This document shows positions 19,588 through 29,532 of a DNA stretch of 64,000 bases, in pieces. Every line of letters starts with the position of its first letter. The first letter of the stretch is position 1. Made by a program: the position numbers and the translations under genes. The notes beneath the pieces are model-generated. The model was given only the letters and a program-made list of their open reading frames with translations, was not told the origin of the DNA and ran no database searches. Source of the stretch: Candidatus Dojkabacteria bacterium (lineage in GTDB: Bacteria; Patescibacteriota; Dojkabacteria; SC72); contig JBMNHB010000001.1 of NCBI GenBank assembly GCA_050950145.1, positions 556,820-620,819 of the forward strand, given 5' to 3'.

Positions 19588-22443
19588 TTAGAATGTCTTA
19601 AATCCTACTTCTTGTTTGTAAGTTGAAGTATCTGTTCCAAAGAATAACTCTGATATCTTAGTATACTTAGGATGATAGTTAACTATTAAAACTGGATTGG
19701 TTACATTAAGTAAACCTAAATCTCGCTGAAGTAAGAGACCTAAATCGTTGTTGTTTTTAGCAAATGATATTAAAGAACCAGATACCTTAACCCCATCTTG
19801 TAGTTTATCTGGCCTATTTGTCTCTGCTAATACCTGTATCTGTCCCCTAGCTATCATAAACGCATCTATTACATCATACTGTACTACTTCTCCTGTTGTT
19901 CTTGATGTGCTATCTATAATGATATTACCTCCTGCAAAGAGTATTAAACCACTAGTTTCAGGATTTTGTCCCCCTGTGCCTGGATTTATCTGTATATTTG
20001 CTATCGCTGTTATATTTGGTCTCACTATTATATCTTGTTCTGACACTACTAATATCTTACCTTGATACGTTGTGATTGTTACAGATTCCCCTGTTGGATC
20101 AGTTGAACCGATATCAATTGATTCCTTAGATTCCCAAATACATACCTCTTTATTGCCACATTGATTTAATGAAGTTATCGATTTAAAACCTAGTTTATAC
20201 CTATCTAATTTTAACTTTAGTAAATCAAATCTATTAGGTTCTAAAGTATTACCATCTGTTACATTAATTACACTGGTTGGATTCTTAAAACTTTCTGACA
20301 TACTTAGTGTAGAAGGATGGTGGGTATGGGTGGTAGTTATTAACTCTGTTCCAAGATTGTATTCTTGTCCAGCTATATCCTTTGGAATATATCCTATCCT
20401 TCCTTGAGAGAATAGTACGCCTCCCTTAGTTGATATCCAACGATTTAAATCAAATGAGGGAGTAGATGTTGCATCTGATGTGATGTAATTACAAGCTTGA
20501 TCATATGCAGTTATATAGAATTGAAGAAGTCCTGAGTCATTTTCATGTATATCTATTTTAGTTGAATTTATTGGAGAATTATAATACCAACCACTACTCA
20601 AAGGATCAATTTTACCTATTAATGATGATGTTGGCGTCCCTAATACTGTAATAGCTGCCTCTGGCAGAGGATCTATTCTCTTAACAGCTCTACCTGAGAT
20701 ACTATTATATACATTTACCACTGTATCTTTTACTCCTGATTCAGTATCATTACTTTGCCAACTTACTGTTGCCTGTCTTTGGTCATTAATTGTACTTGTA
20801 AAACTTCCAATCGTAGGATTAACAAAATCAAAATTCCAATACCATGGAGTTTCTGTCTTTATATTCTTTAAATCTATAAATAGATAAGGTTTGTTAGAAG
20901 GGCCTCTATGACTAAATATATCTGTCATTCCTGCATAGAAATTATATTTACCTGTTAAGAGAGAATCGGTTGGAAATTTTAACTCTAAAATTACTTTATA
21001 TCTGTTGGAATCTTCAGGATCAATACCATGAAAGACTCTCGTTATACTATCTATTACTACTTTTCTTTGACCATTATCATCTACATATATCTCTGTAGTA
21101 CCCTGTGGATGCTCACCATCTACATCTCTCCCCCACCCATGAAGAGTGCCTCCTGGATTATTAGCTTTATATATTGATGTCTTAGATACAAATATTCCAA
21201 TCCTATTTATATCTGAAGTAGTCTTATCACCACCCATCCAATAGGACTTATCTAAATATCCAGCAATACTGCTACCATCTTTTACAAGCCAAAGTACTAC
21301 TCCATTAATATCGTTTACTCCATCTGCATCTGTTCCTGTAATCTCAATTGTTAATGGATTATTTGCTTCTTTACCTGTGAAATCTATTGCTGTACAACCA
21401 GCTGATGTTGTATCGTTACCGTATCTTGTTAAACCTACAATATTAGGCAGTATATCTACTTTGTAATACCCTTTTCTCTCATCACTCTCTTTCCAATTAT
21501 TATCACATTCATTAAGAGTTGAATGCTTAGCTGTGACAGAACCTATTTCTCCTTCTGATAAAGATGTAGGATAGTTATCGCTGTATCTATGTGACGAGGA
21601 ATCTGTACTTGTTACTCCTACTACTCCCCCTATTAGATATCTTATATCTCTAGCACCTGAAGGTAGAGATATTGTAGGTACTCTAGTACGAGTAGGAGAT
21701 ATTATAGGGAACTTAACTCTTGTAGGTTTACTAGAGTCAGTAGAAAGATTACCACTATTAACCCATACATATGCATTTGGATCACTACTATTTGGATCAT
21801 CTCTCCTATCTACTATTAATTCTATTTCTTCTGGAGAAGGTGGTTTGGTATTAGTTTCAGGACGATAACAAACTTTTTTAGGATAAGTTTGTGTACCACA
21901 TTCAGATGAACAAGAACATGTATTTGGACCAGCACATCGCGGACCTGTATATGCATCATAATATCCTGAATCACACCCCTGATTACACGAACATTCGTAT
22001 GATTTATAACAAGTAATCTGACATTGATTAGATTTCCAATTTCCACATTCTGTCCAACAACCATCTTTGAAAGTTTTAGAGCATGTCCTTCCTGAAGAAG
22101 GTGCTGGAGTATAATAACCCTCCTTGCAAGTCGCTGTACAAGAACAGGTGTTATTGCAATTCCATGAACATCCCCCACTCAGATCTTCAAGGCAAGCAGA
22201 ACCCGCCCCCTCATAACAATTCTTACTACACGAGTCATATGAACATCCCCAATCATCTGCACAGGTAGCAGTATTCCAACAATGTATCCAATAGCTTAAA
22301 CATGCATATCCTGGGGCTGACCAGCATTTATATCCTTCAATAGGAGCATCAGTACAATAGCCAGAAGATACAGAAGAAGGTTTTATTAAACCTAATAAAA
22401 GAAAAAAATTGATAAAAAATAAAATACTCCATATTCGCTTCAT
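19588..22443 (-). CDS. 951-aa secreted cysteine-rich surface/adhesin-like protein
   Basis: Signal peptide. The first ~180 aa are very Cys-rich (CSC/CxxC repeats), followed by a long Thr/Ser/Gly/Asn-rich beta-type region. Confidence 0.6.
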   Translation of the reverse strand: MKRIWSILFFINFFLLLGLIKPSSVSSGYCTDAPIEGYKCWSAPGYACLSYWIHCWNTATCADDWGCSYDSCSKNCYEGAGSACLEDLSGGCSWNCNNTCSCTATCKEGYYTPAPSSGRTCSKTFKDGCWTECGNWKSNQCQITCYKSYECSCNQGCDSGYYDAYTGPRCAGPNTCSCSSECGTQTYPKKVCYRPETNTKPPSPEEIELIVDRRDDPNSSDPNAYVWVNSGNLSTDSSKPTRVKFPIISPTRTRVPTISLPSGARDIRYLIGGVVGVTSTDSSSHRYSDNYPTSLSEGEIGSVTAKHSTLNECDNNWKESDERKGYYKVDILPNIVGLTRYGNDTTSAGCTAIDFTGKEANNPLTIEITGTDADGVNDINGVVLWLVKDGSSIAGYLDKSYWMGGDKTTSDINRIGIFVSKTSIYKANNPGGTLHGWGRDVDGEHPQGTTEIYVDDNGQRKVVIDSITRVFHGIDPEDSNRYKVILELKFPTDSLLTGKYNFYAGMTDIFSHRGPSNKPYLFIDLKNIKTETPWYWNFDFVNPTIGSFTSTINDQRQATVSWQSNDTESGVKDTVVNVYNSISGRAVKRIDPLPEAAITVLGTPTSSLIGKIDPLSSGWYYNSPINSTKIDIHENDSGLLQFYITAYDQACNYITSDATSTPSFDLNRWISTKGGVLFSQGRIGYIPKDIAGQEYNLGTELITTTHTHHPSTLSMSESFKNPTSVINVTDGNTLEPNRFDLLKLKLDRYKLGFKSITSLNQCGNKEVCIWESKESIDIGSTDPTGESVTITTYQGKILVVSEQDIIVRPNITAIANIQINPGTGGQNPETSGLILFAGGNIIIDSTSRTTGEVVQYDVIDAFMIARGQIQVLAETNRPDKLQDGVKVSGSLISFAKNNNDLGLLLQRDLGLLNVTNPVLIVNYHPKYTKISELFFGTDTSTYKQEVGFKTF

Positions 22444-22494
22444 TGTTGCCTACTTATATAATTTATGCTTATCAAAACTTAGACTATATTTCAA

Positions 22495-23568
22495 TTATTT
22501 TATAGCACTTATGGTATATAACAATAATTTGTCTAGATTTATTGTCTTATTTTCAAGGTTTTTCCTGGCTTCCTCTACAGAAGAATTGATATAATCCTCG
22601 ACATCTGGTACATACATATCTTCAAAATTTTCGGGCCTTACCACACAAATCGGAAAAAGCTCCTTCTCTCCCAAATCTTTTACAATACCCTGTCGAGGAA
22701 TAATTGGCTCCATATCGATACAACCTTTTAATATGCTTTCTGGTACAATTGTATTGCTTGATACAGTCATAAAATCATATTCCTTGTTAATTTCTAAATC
22801 TGAGAAATTATCTGAGGTTACAATTGATACTCTACCTGTTTCATCAATTCTATTGAGAAATCTTTTGGATTTAAATAAAACGTTGTATCGCTGCCCCTTT
22901 ATCTCCCCTTCCATAAGAAGCTCTAATGTGGAATCATCTAAAGTTATGGATTTGAGAATAAAATTATAGAACAAAACAAAATCTAAATTAGCTCCACCAA
23001 CCGATACACTATCTAATGAGTTATAATTATTTTTTCTAATATCTGCTAATTCCTTAGTTAGAATTCTTGGTCTTAATTTCTTTAAATTGCTGTTTAACTC
23101 AAATAATTTAAATAATTCATTGTCATCTAAAATAGTGAGTTTTATTTTATCTAAAGAATAATTAAAAATTTTCCCCCTTTTATAATCTAAAACCATTTCT
23201 ACTGGTAAAAAAGCATTCTCAACCGCATATGGATTCTCCCAATCTATACTATCTTTTTTTATACACAATGTAGAGTCTCGAAGATCCTTATCATCTTCTA
23301 CTAGCACCTCTACTAAAATACAATCCTCCTCATTTTTTGTCTTAATATCCTTTAAAACTGCTTTACAGTGTAATTTAAGCAATCCCTTATCTTTCTCAAT
23401 TTCACAATCTTGTAACAGCTCTGAGTATTTATCCAAGTTATAAAAAGTTTTAGTGCTAATTATCTGTGAAATTCTATCCTTAAAAATGAGACCTAAAAAA
23501 GCAATTAATAAAAATATAAAGCAAATTATTAGTACAATAATACTTTTTCTATTAATAACAAATTTCAT
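22495..23568 (-). CDS. N-terminally membrane-anchored hypothetical protein
   Basis: Single N-terminal transmembrane segment. Lies immediately downstream of the Cys-rich protein. Confidence 0.45.
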   Translation of the reverse strand: MKFVINRKSIIVLIICFIFLLIAFLGLIFKDRISQIISTKTFYNLDKYSELLQDCEIEKDKGLLKLHCKAVLKDIKTKNEEDCILVEVLVEDDKDLRDSTLCIKKDSIDWENPYAVENAFLPVEMVLDYKRGKIFNYSLDKIKLTILDDNELFKLFELNSNLKKLRPRILTKELADIRKNNYNSLDSVSVGGANLDFVLFYNFILKSITLDDSTLELLMEGEIKGQRYNVLFKSKRFLNRIDETGRVSIVTSDNFSDLEINKEYDFMTVSSNTIVPESILKGCIDMEPIIPRQGIVKDLGEKELFPICVVRPENFEDMYVPDVEDYINSSVEEARKNLENKTINLDKLLLYTISAIK

Positions 23569-23891
23569 AATTTCAGTTTAATATGTTTTTTTTATAATGT
23601 AAAGGCTGGGGGTGTTTAATGGAATTGCAAAAAATACCTACTTATGGTATAATCTGCCACATTATTAGATGGTGTTTTATTTATCATAATAAACCCTTTT
23701 ATTAAATAATGTGCTCTTTAAAAGTATCTATAAATATATAATGATTTAATTCAATATATTTTTAGATTAAATAGCATGTGATGAGATTGCTATTTTAATG
23801 GGATGCACTTTGTATCTATTAACAATATATGTACAGAATGCATTCCATTAGGATGCAAAATCAACAAGAATCCAAAAAGAAGGAGAAAAAA

Positions 23892-24770
23892 ATGAAAAAG
23901 ATAATGTTTTTGCTAATTGTTCTATCTATCCTTTTAGTTGCTTGCGAAGCAACACCTGCAGCGCCAACAGTGGTGCCTACGGATAAACCCACGGAAATTC
24001 CTACCAAGGAACCAACTTCCGTACCAACGGAGGAACCAACTATCGTTCCGACACAGGAGCCAACTCCGGTACCCACCGAGGAAATTCCTGAAAGTTGTCC
24101 ATTGGATAGTTTTTCCGTGCCAGAAGATATCACAATAGACTTGGGAGTATATGGTGAATTCGAACTTACAAACGGAATAGGTTTAGATATATTCGTCATG
24201 CATCCCACGTTACTCAACCCCATACGTGAAGGGGAAGATGTTACCACCTTATACAATGAAGGCGGTAGCTTTTCTTTTCAAATGCCCTCTCCTGGTTTCG
24301 CTTACACTGGTAAAAATACCAGCATCACTGTAGATGGCGAATTTTGGGGAGAAGAAGGCTTTGCTTTCTCAGAATCAGGTGAGCTTGTCATTCCGGCTGG
24401 AGCTCAAGTTATGGTTGAGACAGAGGGTGGATTTGAAGAACAAGAATCACCTATCATCGTCTATTTCCTTTCAGGGACACCAACTAAAGCAGATGATATA
24501 TCTTTACCTGAGAATGCAACTTTAAGCTGTAAAGACCTATGGCAGATTACTATTAATAACATTGATAGTAATGATATTGAACTCTCTGTTAACACGGGAC
24601 ATAATTTGTTGTTTCCTGGAACTGAAGATGATATTCTAGGTATAAAATTCCCGAATAGCACTGATTTCCAACCGTATGAAGAAACATTTCTCCGTAGAGA
24701 GGCTACCCTGAAGATCAAGGGGAACGGTTCCATTACAGGTTTTATATTTGACCTGTACGATAAAGATTAA
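23892..24770 (+). CDS. lipoprotein with a Pro/Thr/Glu-rich linker (xPT repeats)
   Basis: Start moved to the ATG preceded by AGGAG (MKKIMFLLIVLSILLVAC lipobox). A (E/K)PTxVPT repeat follows. Visibly GC-richer than its neighbours, with rare codons (ACG, GCG, CCG). Confidence 0.6.
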   Translation: MKKIMFLLIVLSILLVACEATPAAPTVVPTDKPTEIPTKEPTSVPTEEPTIVPTQEPTPVPTEEIPESCPLDSFSVPEDITIDLGVYGEFELTNGIGLDIFVMHPTLLNPIREGEDVTTLYNEGGSFSFQMPSPGFAYTGKNTSITVDGEFWGEEGFAFSESGELVIPAGAQVMVETEGGFEEQESPIIVYFLSGTPTKADDISLPENATLSCKDLWQITINNIDSNDIELSVNTGHNLLFPGTEDDILGIKFPNSTDFQPYEETFLRREATLKIKGNGSITGFIFDLYDKD

Positions 24771-24916
24771 AATCTTTACGGATTCTGGCTTGTTAGACAG
24801 TATATTTATTTAGATAATCATTATCTATATAAAAATACATACTCTCATCACATGCTAGAATCCTCACTTTTAAATAAATATATATCCTTTTCCATTAAAT
24901 AATAACTCTGTTGAGT

Positions 24917-26023
24917 TTACTTGTTAGACAACACAATCATATAGTCTCCATCTTTAACGATATACTCCTTCCCTACATTCTTTACTAAACCTTTCTCCTT
25001 TGCTTCTGCCCACCCTCCACTATCTATCATACTATCAACATTAACAATATCAGCAGTTACAAAACCTTCTTCTAAATCTGTATGTATAACACCAGCAGCT
25101 TCTTTAGCTGTAGCTCCATTCTGTATACACCAAGCATTACACTCCTTCTGCGAACCAGTATAGAAAGTAATGAGGTTTAGTGTATTGTATGCAGCTTGAA
25201 TAATATCACCTACCAAACCAGGCTTAACATCCAACATACTAATATACTCAGAAACCTCCTCATCAGTCATGTTAACCATCTCACCTACAAACTTAACATC
25301 AACTATTACAACAATATCACCTGTTCTCTCTTCTAATTCCTTCTTCCAACCCTCTACCTTTTCCCTACCAATACCCTCCTTGTAATTAAGTATGAATAAT
25401 CTCTTTTTGTTTGTAAGAAGAAAAAGATCATATATCAATTCCTGTTCCTCATCATTTAGATTCATATCAATTACAGCAATATCATCATTAAGACCTTTCA
25501 TAACCTTCTCTAACACCTCATACTCCTTAATACCCTTCTCATCCCCTACTCTCTTTAACTTCTCAACACTATGTAATCTCTTCTCTACACTCTCAATATC
25601 TTTCAATATTAATTCTGATTGTACAATCTCAAAATCTTCAATTGGATTTATCCTGTCATACACATGAACAATATTAGAACTATCAAATGCCCTAAGCACA
25701 TACATAACTACATCTGTTTCTCTAATATGTGAAAGAAACTGATTACCCAGTCCCTCTCCCTTAGATGCACCTTTAACTAATCCAGCAATATCTACAAATG
25801 TCATAGCTGCAGGTACAACCTTCTCAGCATTAAAATACTCGGACAACCTCTTCAACCTATCATCAGGTATCTCCACAACCCCAACATTCTTATCTATCGT
25901 ACAAAAAGGAAAGTTCTCAGCAGGTACTGTTAACTTTGTTAACGAATTAAAGATTGTAGACTTACCAACATTAGGAAGTCCCACAACCCCAACAGAAAGT
26001 GAATGTGATTTCTTAACTGGCAT
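24917..26023 (-). CDS. ychF: ribosome-binding ATPase YchF (Obg-family GTPase with TGS domain)
   Basis: G1 motif VGVVGLPNVGKST. C-terminal TGS domain. The first 12 codons of the six-frame ORF translate the promoter palindrome, so the start is moved to MPVKK. Confidence 0.85.
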   Translation of the reverse strand: MPVKKSHSLSVGVVGLPNVGKSTIFNSLTKLTVPAENFPFCTIDKNVGVVEIPDDRLKRLSEYFNAEKVVPAAMTFVDIAGLVKGASKGEGLGNQFLSHIRETDVVMYVLRAFDSSNIVHVYDRINPIEDFEIVQSELILKDIESVEKRLHSVEKLKRVGDEKGIKEYEVLEKVMKGLNDDIAVIDMNLNDEEQELIYDLFLLTNKKRLFILNYKEGIGREKVEGWKKELEERTGDIVVIVDVKFVGEMVNMTDEEVSEYISMLDVKPGLVGDIIQAAYNTLNLITFYTGSQKECNAWCIQNGATAKEAAGVIHTDLEEGFVTADIVNVDSMIDSGGWAEAKEKGLVKNVGKEYIVKDGDYMIVLSNK

Positions 26024-26036
26024 AATGGTGTAATTA

Positions 26037-26120
26037 TACCACAGACCTGGTCTGTACATTTTTCCTTACCCCTAAACACTTAAAAGACCAAATTTAAGGT
26101 TTTTTAATCTTACTATGGGA
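26037..26120 (-). repeat. ~85-bp direct repeat A: palindrome-bearing promoter element upstream of ychF
   Basis: ACAGACCTGGTCTGT plus a tail. Near-identical (2 mismatches in ~82 nt) to 27519-27603. On the minus strand it reads ACAGACCAGGTCTGTGGTATAAT, then 9 nt, then ATG. Confidence 0.7.
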
Positions 26121-26126
26121 AGTTAC

Positions 26127-26897
26127 CTAAACACCCTTAAAACTCTCCCTTAGATATTGAATAATATAGTTATAGAAAGAAGAAAGATTCTCTCTCTCAT
26201 CCCTAGGAACAAAAGGACTTAAATCTCTAACAAAATCTTTCTTAGAAAACCAAACCAACCTCTCCTCCAACATCTTAGAATTAATATCATGTATATCATA
26301 GTACTCTAATTTCTTAATCACCAAATCTTTATCAAATCTAGCTCCTAACTCTTGTAAAACCCACAAATCATACAAATCTCTATGCTTAATCCTTGTCATT
26401 ACAGCTCTTACCTTCTCTGCAAATATCTCATTAATACTAAGAACATTCACAAAACTTCTAAATACAATTGGATACTCTGTTCTTAATATACTCTGAGTTG
26501 GTTCAAGAACATTCTCCCTAGTTGAAAAATCCAATTTCACAAACACCCTACCTTCTAAAAATGGAATATCTGCAGTTAAAAGATATGTATATCCTGATAT
26601 ACTCTCTTTTCTTTTAAAAGAAAATGGATATATATTCTCTAACTTCTTTAAAAAAGGAACTATCTTCTCTTCAAATTCATCCTCTTCCATATCTACAGAA
26701 AAATCTAAATCTTCTGAAAACCTCTGCCCTTTATATACCAATCTAATAGCAGTACCACCTTTAAAAAAGATATCTTTAGAAAATGTTTCCTCATACAATT
26801 CTTTAAGAAAAGAAAGTTGTACAAATTCCCTAACTATTACAGCATCTGATATCTGAGTTTTTTTAGATAATTCTTTTACTTGTTTCTTAGTTATCAT
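26127..26897 (-). CDS. abiEii: AbiEii/AbiGii-family nucleotidyltransferase toxin (DUF1814)
   Basis: Signature FKGGTAIRLVY...RFSEDLDFS. Confidence 0.8.
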   Translation of the reverse strand: MITKKQVKELSKKTQISDAVIVREFVQLSFLKELYEETFSKDIFFKGGTAIRLVYKGQRFSEDLDFSVDMEEDEFEEKIVPFLKKLENIYPFSFKRKESISGYTYLLTADIPFLEGRVFVKLDFSTRENVLEPTQSILRTEYPIVFRSFVNVLSINEIFAEKVRAVMTRIKHRDLYDLWVLQELGARFDKDLVIKKLEYYDIHDINSKMLEERLVWFSKKDFVRDLSPFVPRDERENLSSFYNYIIQYLRESFKGV

Positions 26898-27475
26898 AGA
26901 TATTTTGATATGAGAAGTTTAATTTCTTTTTTTGATTTTGAAGACAGAAGAGGAAGATATTCTTCTACACCCCTTTTCTTAATATTTGAAAAATCCATCT
27001 CATTTAGATATTCTTCACTTTTTTTCTTTAAAGCTACCATGTAAAGGTAATCAAAAAGAGCTTTCTCTGGATATGCAATTAAACAATTACCTGATTTGTA
27101 ATATCCCATATACAATCTTTTATTTATCTTAATATATCTATATGTTTTTCCTAATATCTCTTTCTTCTTACTTTTCTTTGATGTTGCAGATGTAATTTCA
27201 AAAGGAAACTGACTCAGTATTCCGTGGTAATTTAAAGCTGTTTCAAAAGAGATATATGAAGGAGAGTAAAGAAAGTTTGCTATCTCAAAGTCAGAAACAT
27301 CAGATTCTGCAACCATGTATTTACCCTTTTCTAGAGATATGAGAATATTCTTTTCAATTAATCTTCTAATATTATTCTCTAAAGTCCTTGTAACTTCTAT
27401 CCCTGTTAATCTAGAGATATCCTGCGTTGTTAAAAGACTTCTTTTATTATTTTCTAACAGATTTGCTGTTTCCAT
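26894..27475 (-). CDS. abiEi: AbiEi-family antitoxin/transcriptional regulator (wHTH)
   Basis: N-terminal wHTH-like LTTQDISRLTGIEVTRTLENNIRRLIEKNIL. Overlaps the AbiEii gene by 4 nt. Confidence 0.65.
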   Translation of the reverse strand: METANLLENNKRSLLTTQDISRLTGIEVTRTLENNIRRLIEKNILISLEKGKYMVAESDVSDFEIANFLYSPSYISFETALNYHGILSQFPFEITSATSKKSKKKEILGKTYRYIKINKRLYMGYYKSGNCLIAYPEKALFDYLYMVALKKKSEEYLNEMDFSNIKKRGVEEYLPLLSSKSKKEIKLLISKYL

Positions 27476-27518
27476 ATACCACCTATTTTAGGTGGTTCGT
27501 GGAAACATGTCAAGAGAT

Positions 27519-27603
27519 AACACCACAGACCTGGTCTGTACATTTATCCTTACCCCCAAACACTTAAAAGACCAAATTTAAGGTTTTTTAATCTTACTAT
27601 GGG
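27519..27603 (-). repeat. ~85-bp direct repeat B: palindrome-bearing promoter element upstream of abiEi
   Basis: Near-identical to repeat A. It diverges after ...CTTACTATGGGA. Confidence 0.7.
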
Positions 27604-27657
27604 AGATTACTTAGTCAACCTTCATCTCCCATACCAAAACATGATATTATAATATTC

Positions 27658-29532
27658 ATGAAATCAAAAAATATTTTACTAACAATTTTGTCTATCTTTT
27701 TTCTTCTCACTACTACCTCTACCCTCTTTGCACAAACAAATCCTGATTTTAAAATTAATACATATACACAGATCTACTACACCACAGGTAAGGACTACGT
27801 AACAGTTATTAATGAATATCAAAGACTTGTTGAAAATAATTCCTACTATTTCACAAAAGAAGGAGAAAAGGTATTCCATATACCAGATGTAAACACAGAT
27901 GAAGAAAATGTGAGAAAGGAAAGAGCATTTAAGCTAGATACTCTCAAAGTTACAGATACTAGGAACAATCCAGTACACTTTACAAAGGAGGAAAAAGGTA
28001 TAGGAGAAGGGATATATATACATATCCCATACTACAGAACTACTACTAAATCCCTACCTTATAAAATTTTAATGACATATGATACTCACGACAATGTAAT
28101 CAAAAGTGGCAACCTAATTACTATAGTTGCATCCTCACTCCCTACTGACACCCTATTTATCAGAAACGACGAAAAAAGCAAAACAACAACAGAATTTAAT
28201 TACGATTTATCCATCATCACCGATAAAAACATCCCTACTCTAGCAAAAGCATATCCCTCTTTTATCAAAGAAGAGAAAGATGAAAAAATATATTACAACT
28301 TCAAAGCAGAAGATAGAATTGGGAAATCACCAACTCTTGAATTTGGAACTTCAGTCATTTATAGATTTGAATTAGAATACGAAACACCAAAAACAGACAA
28401 CCTAATACCTTCCCAATATTCAGAAATATTTAAAGCTCTCTCCACAAACATATATGAAATCTCTTTACCAAGAGAATTCTCAGAAACTGATCAGAAGGTC
28501 ATTATAGATGAGATAATACCAACACCTAGGAAGATATATAGGGATAGTGAAGGAAATGTAATTGCCTCTTTTGAATTAGCTGCAAATAAAGAAGATAGAA
28601 TTAAAGTTACAGGTTATATCTTCTCTAACCAAAATGCACATAATTCGGTGACTAAAAATCCTATGGATATTAGTTTCAGTGAGTACTTAGAAAAAATCAA
28701 AAATGATAAAGGAAGTAGCAAATATTTAACACCTACAAAGTACTGGGAAGTTAAAGATCCTTTTATCCAACAGAAAGCATCAGAGTTAAAAGAAGAAAAA
28801 CAAACACTCTATGATGTAGTTGACGCTGTTTATCAATATGTAAATGACACATTGACTTATGATGAAGTCAAAGCTAGTTCTGAAAATGAAAGGATTGGTG
28901 CAGTAAAAGCCCTGACAGGAGGTGCATCTGTATGTATGGAATATGCAGACTCTATGATTGCAATACTAAGAGCTCAAGGTATACCTGCAAGAGCTGCCTT
29001 AGGTTATGCAAATATTACAGACACTCCAGTAGAATTAATTAGACACCAATGGTTACAGATATGGATTCCTGATTATGGATGGTTAAGTATTGATCCTACA
29101 TTTGAAAGTCCAAACAGAAAAATGGGCCAATTAATTGAAAGAGTACTTTGGGAAACTTTCTACGATGATTCACTTTCAAATATTAGTATCTTTTCTGCAA
29201 ATAAATTAGGTAATTTTAGTGAAGAGAAATTTTCTATAAAAATCTATTCTGTTGAGGAAACCCCTCCAGAGAGGGAATTAAAGAGATATAGCGATATACT
29301 AGATATTGAGAATTCAAATAGATATACTGTTGGTAACTTTACAAATTCACTATTTAAAACAACAGTACTAGGAAAAGCTTTACTCGTAACACTCCCTATT
29401 ATTGTTACTATCGCGCTCCTCATATTCTTCATCGTAATAATAAAACTGGGTATCAAGAAAGTAAAAAAGAAGAAAGAACCAGAGAAAGAGAGAACCCTCA
29501 CAAATAGATCAGTAGGTAGATTTACTACTTAA
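27658..29532 (+). CDS. transglutaminase-like cysteine-protease-fold protein with a signal peptide and a C-terminal membrane anchor
   Basis: Core GGASVCMEYADSMIAILRAQGIPAR (Cys) ...HQWLQIWIPDYGWLSIDPT (His/Asp). C-terminal transmembrane segment plus KKVKKKK. Confidence 0.7.
   Translation: MKSKNILLTILSIFFLLTTTSTLFAQTNPDFKINTYTQIYYTTGKDYVTVINEYQRLVENNSYYFTKEGEKVFHIPDVNTDEENVRKERAFKLDTLKVTDTRNNPVHFTKEEKGIGEGIYIHIPYYRTTTKSLPYKILMTYDTHDNVIKSGNLITIVASSLPTDTLFIRNDEKSKTTTEFNYDLSIITDKNIPTLAKAYPSFIKEEKDEKIYYNFKAEDRIGKSPTLEFGTSVIYRFELEYETPKTDNLIPSQYSEIFKALSTNIYEISLPREFSETDQKVIIDEIIPTPRKIYRDSEGNVIASFELAANKEDRIKVTGYIFSNQNAHNSVTKNPMDISFSEYLEKIKNDKGSSKYLTPTKYWEVKDPFIQQKASELKEEKQTLYDVVDAVYQYVNDTLTYDEVKASSENERIGAVKALTGGASVCMEYADSMIAILRAQGIPARAALGYANITDTPVELIRHQWLQIWIPDYGWLSIDPTFESPNRKMGQLIERVLWETFYDDSLSNISIFSANKLGNFSEEKFSIKIYSVEETPPERELKRYSDILDIENSNRYTVGNFTNSLFKTTVLGKALLVTLPIIVTIALLIFFIVIIKLGIKKVKKKKEPEKERTLTNRSVGRFTT

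Noticed and set aside
23861-24256. 131-aa minus-strand ORF inside the lipoprotein gene
   Set aside because: It is the antisense frame of the PT-repeat region (GTxVGS repeats) and has no start context. The sense-strand gene has a lipobox and an SD.
24917-26059. N-terminal MYRPGLWYNYTI extension of ychF, and a similar 18-codon extension of the beta-CASP gene
   Set aside because: These codons translate the ACAGACCWGGTCTGT palindrome and -10 box. The true starts are the downstream Met residues (MPVKK and MTIQFLGGA).
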